Virus record (IMG/VR): IMGVR_UViG_3300030333_002778
Coordinates: 25,461-89,460 of that record
Source of the DNA: a virus
Reading direction: 5' to 3' (one strand)
Length of the DNA: 64,000 nucleotides
Shown here: positions 1 through 7,659 of the stretch, one piece after another
Position numbering within the stretch: position 1 is the stretch's first letter
Layout: each line of letters opens with the position of its first letter
Notes under the pieces: model-generated
What the model saw: only the letters and a program-made list of their open reading frames with translations
Told to the model about the DNA's origin: nothing
Databases searched by the model: none
Position numbers and translations under genes: made by a program

Positions 1-1
1 A

Positions 2-292
2 GCAGAAGAATCTATGCAGTTGTTTCAAGAATATAAAGATTTAGTGAGGGAAAGATATGGTCCTTCAACTTACATGCTTAATCGTGACTTTGATCATAAG
101 TATGAAATTGATATATTTGAAGATGATGATGATCCATCTATAAAAACAGATGGTAAAGGTGGTGTACTTTATTATAAAACTAGAAAAGATATGTTTATGG
201 ATAATCCTTGTACAAAAGAAGAATGGGAAGAATATCATAAACATAAAGATTTTCATGATCAATATCAATTTATAATAAAGAACGATGATTGA
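2..292 (+). CDS. Hypothetical protein, probably 5'-truncated by the window edge
   Basis: ORF 14..292; the frame is open back to position 2 (AEES-MQLF); its end overlaps the next ATG. Confidence 0.6.
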   Translation, partial: AEESMQLFQEYKDLVRERYGPSTYMLNRDFDHKYEIDIFEDDDDPSIKTDGKGGVLYYKTRKDMFMDNPCTKEEWEEYHKHKDFHDQYQFIIKNDD

Positions 293-383
293 AATATTTA
301 TAATAAGCCTATTTGCAGGGATAGCGATAGGCTTATACATATCAAGTCAAATTAATCGTTGGATAGATAAAAATAGTAAATAA
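285..383 (+). CDS. Small single-TM peptide (MIEIFIISLFAGIAIGLYISSQINRWIDKNSK, 32 aa)
   Basis: Below the ORF-track cutoff; ATG overlaps the end of the upstream ORF; hydrophobic N-terminus; next ATG 2 nt after the stop. Confidence 0.6.
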   Translation: MIEIFIISLFAGIAIGLYISSQINRWIDKNSK

Positions 384-385
384 TT

Positions 386-475
386 ATGAAAAGAGATGAA
401 ATTCAAACAACAGCATTACTCATAGCAATAGTAATATTCTATGTATTAATGCTTTTAATAATGATAACACGATGA
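386..475 (+). CDS. Small single-TM peptide (MKRDEIQTTALLIAIVIFYVLMLLIMITR, 29 aa)
   Basis: ATGA overlap with the 472..657 ORF; hydrophobic stretch of about 19 aa. Confidence 0.6.
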   Translation: MKRDEIQTTALLIAIVIFYVLMLLIMITR

Positions 476-657
476 AAGAATCAGCATTTTATAATATAAA
501 TATGAAAGGTAAACGTGAACCTAATGAGTCTAGAGAAGACTATAAAGCACGTATGAGGGAGGTGAAAGAAAGAACAAAATTACATTTAAAAGGAAGAATA
601 ATATGGGACAGTAAAACTCTTGGTACATATATCAAGAAATTACATGGCCCATTATGA
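472..657 (+). CDS. Small basic hypothetical protein
   Basis: 61-aa ORF translationally coupled to the upstream peptide. Confidence 0.7.
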   Translation: MKESAFYNINMKGKREPNESREDYKARMREVKERTKLHLKGRIIWDSKTLGTYIKKLHGPL

Positions 658-661
658 TGTT

Positions 662-740
662 GTGGGATGGAGTATATCGTAAGAATACTTGAGGATTTTT
701 AGTTGATTGTAATTATTTTTTGTCCTTTCATGCATCCCAC
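662..740 (+). ncRNA. Candidate structured RNA, element 1 (~79 nt, three-way junction)
   Basis: GTGGGATG(662-669)/CATCCCAC(733-740) closing stem; inner AGTAT/ATACT and AGGAT/GTCCT hairpins. Confidence 0.5.
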
Positions 741-748
741 TTATTAAA

Positions 749-820
749 GGGGAATTTAGTATAGTGAGTGGCGCGTTGCTATACACATTTTTGCTGACAT
801 AATCTTGGATGGTTTCCCCA
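749..820 (+). ncRNA. Candidate structured RNA, element 2 (~72 nt)
   Basis: GGGGAA(749-754)/TTCCCC(814-819) closing stem; 9-bp GTATAGTGA/TTGCTATAC hairpin with two G-U pairs. Confidence 0.5.
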
Positions 821-828
821 GTATACAA

Positions 829-921
829 AGAGGAGTGCTCGATATAAGACGAGGTTATTCACGCATTCGTACATGTAGTTTTAAAAGTTCCATCTTAATT
901 CAAGCATGTGAGAGCTCCTCT
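829..921 (+). ncRNA. Candidate structured RNA, element 3 (~93 nt)
   Basis: AGAGGAGT(829-836)/GCTCCTCT(914-921) closing stem; inner CTCG/CGAG and ACATGT/GCATGT stems. Confidence 0.5.
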
Positions 922-926
922 GTGAT

Positions 927-1156
927 ATAAACAAAGAAAGACGGAAGACCGTTAGACTATTATTAATTATAATTGTAACAGGTTATAAACGTTAGTTTAA
1001 TAAAGAACGTCACTATGTAGAAAGAGGTTATCCATTTATCTTCGGATATTTCGATGAATGATCATTGTAATTGTGATCTGATAGATCTGTAGTTAATTCT
1101 ACGGGGAGAATCAGCATAGTTACCATAGACTGTCATGAAGTCTTTCACTTGTTTAT
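927..1156 (+). ncRNA. Candidate large multi-branched RNA, element 4 (~230 nt)
   Basis: ATAAACAA-A-GAAAGAC/GTCTTTC-AC-TTGTTTAT closing helix; six or more inner hairpins including TATC-TTCG-GATA. Confidence 0.6.
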
Positions 1157-1285
1157 GTATTAGCCAGTGATATGGATATAATAATAGATAAGCCGGCCAG
1201 CTTATCGCGGGAAAGTAATCCGTATTGGATGACTTAACACAATAGTGTTAAACCCATTATTATTGAAGTATCACTAGGCTGATAC
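1157..1285 (+). ncRNA. Candidate structured RNA, element 5 (~129 nt)
   Basis: GTATTAGCC-AGTGATA/TATCACT-A-GGCTGATAC 16-bp closing helix, then ATAATA/TATTAT, capped by three hairpins. Confidence 0.6.
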
Positions 1286-1407
1286 GCTTATAGCAAATAC
1301 TATTATCATTATGATAATGTATAAATATTTAGTTATGTCTATTCTCATTGAATACAATATACATATCTAATGTTACAAGAATGTTAAATTAAAATTAAAT
1401 AATTATT

Positions 1408-1647
1408 ATGTTTTGGAAAGATGCAGTAAATAATAAATATAAACATCTGATGAATTTAGTACCAGATGTTAGAAAGAAAGCTAAACTCCCTTATTCTGTC
1501 AATGTATTAGACGAGAAATTGGTAGAGTTAGAAAAAGAATACAACCGATTACAAGAACTAGACGCTAGTGACAAAGATATAACAGAAATAGAAAACCTTA
1601 TAACAGATTTAAAAAGTTCCATAACTATATTGATTATTGGAACATAA
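1408..1647 (+). CDS. Hypothetical coiled-coil protein
   Basis: 79-aa ORF with an A/T-rich translation start context. Confidence 0.7.
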   Translation: MFWKDAVNNKYKHLMNLVPDVRKKAKLPYSVNVLDEKLVELEKEYNRLQELDASDKDITEIENLITDLKSSITILIIGT

Positions 1648-1659
1648 TTATTATCTTTA
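1629..1659 (+). promoter_or_regulatory. Bacteroidota-like promoter variant (aTTG-N19-TATCTTTA)
   Basis: Near-match to the TTTG...TAnnTTTG consensus with correct spacing, 15 nt before an ATG. Confidence 0.45.
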
Positions 1660-1674
1660 TAAAAACGTTAATAT

Positions 1675-1755
1675 ATGTGGATATTAAAAGTATTAATTGC
1701 ACTAGGAATCTTATATAGTTTAGGATATTTATTCAACTCGTGGGAAGAACAATAA
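1675..1755 (+). CDS. Small single-TM peptide (MWILKVLIALGILYSLGYLFNSWEEQ, 26 aa)
   Basis: Follows the putative promoter; hydrophobic; next ATG 2 nt after its stop. Confidence 0.55.
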   Translation: MWILKVLIALGILYSLGYLFNSWEEQ

Positions 1756-1757
1756 AT

Positions 1758-1964
1758 ATGAGTTATATGAAATGGTTATCGACTCTTACCAAGGATGAGG
1801 TAGAGGAGATGAGAAATGAACTTCATAAAGCTGTAGCCAACAAACAAATCAAATTAAAATATAAGGATACAGAATATACTACTATGAAAATGAGTAGTAT
1901 AATAAACTATATGGATGATTTCTGGGAATTTAAAAATTGTGTAAAATTAGAAAAGGAGGATTAA
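1758..1964 (+). CDS. Hypothetical protein
   Basis: ORF 1740..1964; the in-frame ATG at 1758, just after the upstream peptide's stop, is the likelier start. Confidence 0.7.
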   Translation: MSYMKWLSTLTKDEVEEMRNELHKAVANKQIKLKYKDTEYTTMKMSSIINYMDDFWEFKNCVKLEKED

Positions 1965-1982
1965 TTTCCTCCTTTCTTGTTA
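1952..1982 (+). terminator. Intrinsic terminator-like hairpin upstream of polA
   Basis: AAAGGAGGA-TTAATT-TCCTCCTTT followed by T-rich CTTGTT. Confidence 0.6.
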
Positions 1983-2022
1983 ATAGCATGTATAAATATA
2001 TACAGAAGTAAAAATTTAAATT

Positions 2023-3894
2023 ATGAGTAAAATAGTATTAATTACAAATCAAAAACAAATAACGACTCCAAATTGTCCTTTTGAAATAGGAACAATGGAA
2101 GAGTGTGTAGATTATTTGAAAGGTCAACAATATATAGCTGTTGATACTGAAACTGAGGGTAAGGATTTCACCCGCAAAAAAATAGTAATGTTTCAAATAG
2201 GAACAAAAGAAATTCAATATGTTATAGATACTAGATATATATCTATAGAACCACTAAGAGATATACTTGAAGATACAGAATATCATGTAAAAATATTTCA
2301 TAATATTAAGTTTGATTATAAGTTTATTAAATCAAATTATAATATTGAAGTAGAGAATATTTATGATACTATGTTAGCTGAAGGTGTATTACATTGTGGT
2401 AAAGATAAGCACGGATACAGCCTTAACCGCCTAACACAGAGGTATTTAGGGGTGACGCTTGACAAAGAAGTTCGTAACAAATTTATAGGATTAGATGGTA
2501 AACCATTTACTGCTGAACAAATTTGTTATGGAGCTAAAGATGTACAATATTTGATTGAAATTATGGAGACTCAATTAGATCAGATATTTAAACTAGAATT
2601 ACATTATGTATTAATACTAGAAAATAAAGCAGCTTTAGCTTTTGCAGACATAGAATATAATGGTCTATGTTTTGATCAAGACTCTTGGCTTAAGAATGCT
2701 CAGGTAAATGAAACTGAAGTTACTTTACTCGAACAAGAATTGGATCAATGTATTGTTGATAATAATCTAGATGATTTTATTTCTAATCATGTTCAGCTTG
2801 ATTTCTTTACACCTGTTGAAGATCTTCGTAAAGTCAATGTTAAGTGGTCATCTCCTATGCAAGTTAAGAATGTAATGGAAAGACATTTAGATACATCACT
2901 TGAAAAAGTTAATGCATTTGAATTATCTAAATATAAAGATAGACCATTTGTAGGTAAATATCTTAAATATAAAGAAAAACAAAAGATATTAAGTACTTAT
3001 GGTAAATCTTTTCTTAAATATGTGATGAAAGATGGTAAAGTCAGAACAAGCTTTTGGCAAATATTAAATACTGGGCGTGTGTCTAGTGGATCTAAAGAGG
3101 ATCGTAAGCCTAATATGCAGAACATTCCAGCGAGGAATCAGTTTAGGAATTGCTTTCATGCAAGAGATGGACACAGTATTGTATCTGTTGATTACAGTGG
3201 GCAGGAGTTAGCTATTATTGCTTACGGTTCTCAAGATCCTGTTTGGATTAAATGTAGAAAGAATAATGAAGATCTCCATTCAGTATGTGCTGAATTAGTA
3301 TTTGGTGATAAATGGCATACAGGTGATAAAAAGAAATTAAGAAACATGATTAAGACTATTAATTTCGGATTAGCTTATGGTATGAGTAAGTTTAAATTAT
3401 CTGATACATTAAATATTGATGTAGATGAAGCTGATGAACTTATAAAGAAATACTTTAGCGCATTTCCTAATATAAAAGCATTTTTAAATAAACTTGGATG
3501 GTATGGTGTTATGAATGGTCATATTAAAACTTTTAAACCTTTTAGAAGAATTAGATGGTTTGAAAATTGGTATGCAGGTATACATAATTCATATAAAGAT
3601 TTCAAGATTAAAGGAGCGATTGAGCGTGCATCTAAAAATACTCCTATTCAAGGTACAGGAGCGGATATGATTAAACAATCTATGATTCTCATAAGAGAAG
3701 AGATTAAGAAAAATAATTATCCTTGTTACATGGTAACACAAGTACATGATGAAATAGGTGTAGAAGTTAAAGATGATTTCGCTGAAGAATGGGCTCATAT
3801 ACAATGTGAGTTAATGAAGAAAGCTGGTAAAATGATTGTTGATGGATTTGAAATGTCAGTTGATTATACAATAACTAAAAAATGGAGTAAATAA
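2023..3894 (+). CDS. polA: DNA polymerase family A with N-terminal 3'-5' exonuclease
   Basis: Exo motifs AVDTETEG, HNIKFD, YGAKD; motif A VDYSGQEL, motif B RNMIKTINFGLAYG, motif C QVHDEI; TGRVSS..PNMQNIP. Confidence 0.97.
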   Translation: MSKIVLITNQKQITTPNCPFEIGTMEECVDYLKGQQYIAVDTETEGKDFTRKKIVMFQIGTKEIQYVIDTRYISIEPLRDILEDTEYHVKIFHNIKFDYKFIKSNYNIEVENIYDTMLAEGVLHCGKDKHGYSLNRLTQRYLGVTLDKEVRNKFIGLDGKPFTAEQICYGAKDVQYLIEIMETQLDQIFKLELHYVLILENKAALAFADIEYNGLCFDQDSWLKNAQVNETEVTLLEQELDQCIVDNNLDDFISNHVQLDFFTPVEDLRKVNVKWSSPMQVKNVMERHLDTSLEKVNAFELSKYKDRPFVGKYLKYKEKQKILSTYGKSFLKYVMKDGKVRTSFWQILNTGRVSSGSKEDRKPNMQNIPARNQFRNCFHARDGHSIVSVDYSGQELAIIAYGSQDPVWIKCRKNNEDLHSVCAELVFGDKWHTGDKKKLRNMIKTINFGLAYGMSKFKLSDTLNIDVDEADELIKKYFSAFPNIKAFLNKLGWYGVMNGHIKTFKPFRRIRWFENWYAGIHNSYKDFKIKGAIERASKNTPIQGTGADMIKQSMILIREEIKKNNYPCYMVTQVHDEIGVEVKDDFAEEWAHIQCELMKKAGKMIVDGFEMSVDYTITKKWSK

Positions 3895-5090
3895 TGAATA
3901 TATCTAAAATAAAAGATAAAATTCAAAGAAAAGGTCTAAATAAATGGTTTAGTAAGCCGTGGTATGGGAGGGGTACTCTACAATATGCTACCGGTTCAGG
4001 TAAGACACGTTGTGGTGTTCTGGCCGCGGCTTATTTAGCCAAAATAACTAATATGGATGCTAGGATATTAATATTAACTCCTACTGAAACTATTAGAGAT
4101 AGATCATGGAAAGATGAATTTTATAAATGGAACGAAGGTGATGTATATGAACAATGTGTTAAATGTGTTTGTATACAAACCGCATATAAATGGATAGGTC
4201 ACAGTTTTGATCTAGTAATTGCAGATGAAATACATAATTATGTATCTCCTGAATATTTTAATTTCTTTGCTAATAACAAATTTGTTAGGATATTAGGATT
4301 ATCTGCATATATAGATCCAATTAAATTGAGATTATTAAATAGTATAGCACCTGTAGTAGAATCTATTTCTACATTAAAAGCACAGGATCTTGGATTGATT
4401 AGTCCATTCAAGATATATAATGTCCCGGTTAGATTGACCACAGATGAACAAATAGAATATGATAAAGCAGATAAATCATTTAATGGTTTATTTTCCTTTT
4501 TTAACAAAGATCTTAAAACTATGTTTGCTTGTATGAATACAAATGTATATAGTAATTTTCTTGCTAAAAAAGGCATGGTTCTTGACGCTTCTGTGGCAAG
4601 CTATCCGTTTATGTGTAATGCAGCAATGGCTAAGAGAAAGAATATAATATATAATTCTAAATCTAAAATCAAAGCTGTTAAAAAACTATCAAATATTTTT
4701 TCTGAGAAGAAGGCTATTATATTTTCTCAGACTATTGAATTTGCTGACAAAGTCACAGATGAATTAGATAATTGTGTAAGTTTTCATAGTAAAATTCCTA
4801 AAAAGAAAAGAAATGAAAACTTGAATTTGTTAAAGAGCGGGAACTCAATAACACGAATATCTACTGCTAAGGCTTTGAACGAAGGTATGAATGTACCTGA
4901 TATTTCTATGGCAATTATTGCTAGTGGAACAAGCAAGACTAAAGATATGATTCAGCGTATTGGTAGAGCAGTACGTTGGGAAGCTAATAAAGAAGCTTCA
5001 ATCTTTCGTCTCTACATTCAAGACAGTCAAGAGGAGAAATGGGTTAGCGCTTCTCAGGAAAAATATGAAGTTGAACAATTAAAATTATAA
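3894..5090 (+). CDS. Superfamily 2 (DExH) helicase
   Basis: ATGSGKT, DEIH, GLSA, EGMNVP, QRIGRAVR; TAATG overlap with polA. Confidence 0.93.
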   Translation: MNISKIKDKIQRKGLNKWFSKPWYGRGTLQYATGSGKTRCGVLAAAYLAKITNMDARILILTPTETIRDRSWKDEFYKWNEGDVYEQCVKCVCIQTAYKWIGHSFDLVIADEIHNYVSPEYFNFFANNKFVRILGLSAYIDPIKLRLLNSIAPVVESISTLKAQDLGLISPFKIYNVPVRLTTDEQIEYDKADKSFNGLFSFFNKDLKTMFACMNTNVYSNFLAKKGMVLDASVASYPFMCNAAMAKRKNIIYNSKSKIKAVKKLSNIFSEKKAIIFSQTIEFADKVTDELDNCVSFHSKIPKKKRNENLNLLKSGNSITRISTAKALNEGMNVPDISMAIIASGTSKTKDMIQRIGRAVRWEANKEASIFRLYIQDSQEEKWVSASQEKYEVEQLKL

Positions 5091-5091
5091 T

Positions 5092-5529
5092 ATGAAAACA
5101 ATTCTTGAAGCAAAAGATCATCTGCGCAAGAATTATAAGTCTGGTACTGGTTGTCCCGTTTGCGGACAACTAGTCAAGGCCTATAAGCGTAAGTTAAATT
5201 CAAATATGTGTAAAGCATTAGCAATTATATATAATAGAACTTCTGATGGATCTACTATACATGTACAAAATACTTTTTCTGATTTAGGATTAAGAGCAAC
5301 TGCTATGGATTATACTCATCTAGAGAAATGGGGATTTATAGAAACAGGAGATGTACATGGTCACTGGAAAATAACTAAAAAAGGTAAAGATTTTCTGGCT
5401 AATCAATCTGTAGCTTCTGCATACTGTTTAGTATATGCAGGTAAGGTATATGAATGGTCTAGTGAAATGATTACCATTGAAGAAGCTTTAACAAAACGAT
5501 TTAAATTAACAGATGTAATGCAATTATGA
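5092..5529 (+). CDS. Hypothetical protein with a CxxC knuckle and a probable winged-helix domain
   Basis: CPVCGQ followed by LEKWGFIE...WKITKKG, a wHTH-like pattern. Confidence 0.6.
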   Translation: MKTILEAKDHLRKNYKSGTGCPVCGQLVKAYKRKLNSNMCKALAIIYNRTSDGSTIHVQNTFSDLGLRATAMDYTHLEKWGFIETGDVHGHWKITKKGKDFLANQSVASAYCLVYAGKVYEWSSEMITIEEALTKRFKLTDVMQL

Positions 5530-5693
5530 AACACGATGAAACACGAAATGGAATACCTTGGGATGCGATAGATGATTACTATCAAACTCTCGAAAAAAAG
5601 ATTATTACAGTGACGTATGTCATTGGTAATCAGACAATTACAAGTCATAAAAAAGTAAAAAAATTCGATAAAAAACTTGTCGAAAAACTATAG
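5526..5693 (+). CDS. Small hypothetical protein (55 aa, MKHDETRNGIPWDAIDDYY...)
   Basis: Below the track cutoff; ATGA overlap with the upstream gene; fills the gap. Confidence 0.55.
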   Translation: MKHDETRNGIPWDAIDDYYQTLEKKIITVTYVIGNQTITSHKKVKKFDKKLVEKL

Positions 5694-5707
5694 TTTTATT
5701 ATATTTA
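5676..5707 (+). promoter_or_regulatory. Bacteroidota-like promoter variant (cTTG-N20-TATATTTA)
   Basis: Near-consensus motif 25 nt before the start of the helicase/primase gene cluster. Confidence 0.45.
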
Positions 5708-5732
5708 CAAACTTAAAATTTCCTATAATTAT

Positions 5733-6317
5733 ATGAATATAGAAATCAATGTTTTTGGTTTAATAAATAATAAATTAACAGCATCACAGTATGTTATGTT
5801 AAATTTATTATTTGAAAATAAGAAGGAGTTATTTGTAAATTATGTTAATCTATATGGATTTGCAAAAAGAGAACTACAAGGACTGGTGGATCAGGGTTAT
5901 ATATTAACTTGTGATCCACAACAGCCCTTAACTTGTATAACTATTGCAAGAGATAAAGTCAGAAAATTATTAGGAATAGAAGAATCTTATTTCACAGAAT
6001 TATTTGAAAAATATCCTATAAAAGTATACAATGGTAGAACAGTGCGAGTATTAAGACCTACAACGCTTTCTTCAAAGGGAGCACAAAATTGTAAAGCTAA
6101 ATATGATCGTGTTGTAAAGGGTAATTTGCAAAAACATAAATTCATTATGGATTGTTTAAATAAAGAAATAGAAACCAGAACAAGAGGTGGAAATTTACAA
6201 TATATGCATGCATTAGAAACTTATTTAAACAAAAATGCTTGGGATGCTTATGAGTCCCTATTAGATAGTAATAATAACGTATCTTCAGATACAAAATATG
6301 GTGAAGGATTAATATGA
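5733..6317 (+). CDS. Putative replication initiator or helicase-loader-like protein
   Basis: HTH-like N-terminus; FTELFEKYP...LETYLN..AW C-terminal pattern; coupled to the DnaB-like gene. Confidence 0.5.
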   Translation: MNIEINVFGLINNKLTASQYVMLNLLFENKKELFVNYVNLYGFAKRELQGLVDQGYILTCDPQQPLTCITIARDKVRKLLGIEESYFTELFEKYPIKVYNGRTVRVLRPTTLSSKGAQNCKAKYDRVVKGNLQKHKFIMDCLNKEIETRTRGGNLQYMHALETYLNKNAWDAYESLLDSNNNVSSDTKYGEGLI

Positions 6318-7306
6318 CAAAAATAAATAAACCTAGATTACAATATACAAGTATAAAGAAAGCAACATTTGATGCTACTCAGTATATTGAAAAGAGAAGA
6401 AAAGGATTAATTAAATCCTTAAGAACTCCATGGTCTAAATATAACCATGTGAGTATGGACGGAATAGAGTGGAACACTATACATACTATAGCGGGTATGT
6501 CTGGTAGTGGTAAAACTGCTATTATAAATCAGTTAGAAACAGAATTATTTAGATTAAATACAGATGAAAAATTTGCTGTATTATCATTTAATTTTGAAAT
6601 GCTAGCACGTCAACTAATAAGCAGAAAGTTTTCTAATGCTTTAAATACAACAACTAGAAAACTACATAGTGGTATAGAAGGATATTCTTTATCTGATGCT
6701 GCTTATTATAAAGTTCTTTCTACAGGAAAGGAATTATCTCAATTACCTATATGGTATGTAGAAATGCCTGGAAATGTAGAGTTAATTAAAAATACAATAG
6801 AACATTTTGTTACATCCGCAGAAAATAAAGATCGTGGTGTAGTAGTTATGTTAGATCATACAATTCTTGTAAGAGGTAAAGCCGGAGAATTAGAACGACT
6901 AATATTAGTTGAACTGATGGTTATGGCAAACTCTCTTAAAAAGAAATATAAGATTGCATTTGTATTTTTATCTCAGCTGAATAGAGAAATAGAACAAGCT
7001 GATCGAGTTGTAGAACCATCACAGCAATTTCCTAAAAAGAAAGATTTATTTGGTGGTGATTCAGTATATATGTTCTCTGATTTAGTAATGGTTTCAATGA
7101 ATCCTGAGCAATTAGGATTAGAAACTTATGGACCAAAGAGTTGGCCAACTAAAGATGCATTATTTTGGCATTTTCTAAAAGTAAGAGAGGGTAAACCTTG
7201 TATTGCTAAAATGAAAAACGAATTAATGTATAATAGAGTGGTTGATTATACGGTAGAAAATGTATATGAATTAAATACTAATAAAGATGACAAAAATATG
7301 GGATGA
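6314..7306 (+). CDS. dnaB: DnaB-like (SF4) replicative helicase, mainly the ATPase domain
   Basis: AGMSGSGKT, FNFEM, LDH, LSQLNRE, KVREG. Confidence 0.9.
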   Translation: MTKINKPRLQYTSIKKATFDATQYIEKRRKGLIKSLRTPWSKYNHVSMDGIEWNTIHTIAGMSGSGKTAIINQLETELFRLNTDEKFAVLSFNFEMLARQLISRKFSNALNTTTRKLHSGIEGYSLSDAAYYKVLSTGKELSQLPIWYVEMPGNVELIKNTIEHFVTSAENKDRGVVVMLDHTILVRGKAGELERLILVELMVMANSLKKKYKIAFVFLSQLNREIEQADRVVEPSQQFPKKKDLFGGDSVYMFSDLVMVSMNPEQLGLETYGPKSWPTKDALFWHFLKVREGKPCIAKMKNELMYNRVVDYTVENVYELNTNKDDKNMG

Positions 7307-7658
7307 TAGTAATTTTATATCAACTGGTAATGACTATGATATAGATTATAGCAACTCAGAAGATTATGAGAGTTGTGTAAAAGAACTAGAAGCATTAGCA
7401 AGAAATATAGAGGAAGCAAAACGACCTGGATATACTCAAGCTAATGGAGACGTATTGGCTAATTTCAAGAAAGCGGCAGAATTAGCTGGGACAACACCTA
7501 TGCAAGCATGGGGTGTATATTTTTATAAACATGTAGCTGCAATTTTATCTCATGCTAAAGATCCTAATATTCCTCAAGCGGAAGATTTGGATGGTAGATT
7601 TGCAGATGCGATGAATTATCTTAAATTGGGTTTTTACCTATTAAAACAGAAAAAGTAA
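7287..7658 (+). CDS. All-alpha DUF1599/nucleotide-modification-associated-like protein
   Basis: K..GY...DVLANF...KH....GRFADAMNY pattern. Confidence 0.55.
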   Translation: MTKIWDDSNFISTGNDYDIDYSNSEDYESCVKELEALARNIEEAKRPGYTQANGDVLANFKKAAELAGTTPMQAWGVYFYKHVAAILSHAKDPNIPQAEDLDGRFADAMNYLKLGFYLLKQKK

Positions 7659-7659
7659 T

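Noticed and set aside
749-820. Canonical tRNA-Ala or tmRNA 5' end (GGGGAAT...CCCCA, TTGC in the middle)
   Set aside because: No T-arm (GTTCRA), no proper anticodon stem and no G3-U70 pair; kept only as an unclassified structured unit
1012-1143. Group I intron core (ATGTAGAAA, AATCAGCA and CATAGACTG resemble P, Q and R)
   Set aside because: Only about 7 nt between the Q- and R-like parts and between AGACT and AGTCT, leaving no room for P6, P3 or P8; no interrupted gene
1078-1255. Hammerhead ribozyme or RNase P RNA (CTGATAGA..., GGATGAC..., reverse-strand CCGGCTTAT)
   Set aside because: No CUGANGA plus GAAA core in the correct arrangement; no GAGGAAAGUCC or matching P4 partner
657-1408. CRISPR array or iteron-type origin
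   Set aside because: No direct repeats of constant sequence; the pairings include strand-specific G-U pairs, favouring RNA structure
5526-5545. 10-bp tandem duplication ATGAAACACG x2
   Set aside because: Only two copies at a gene start; no evidence of function
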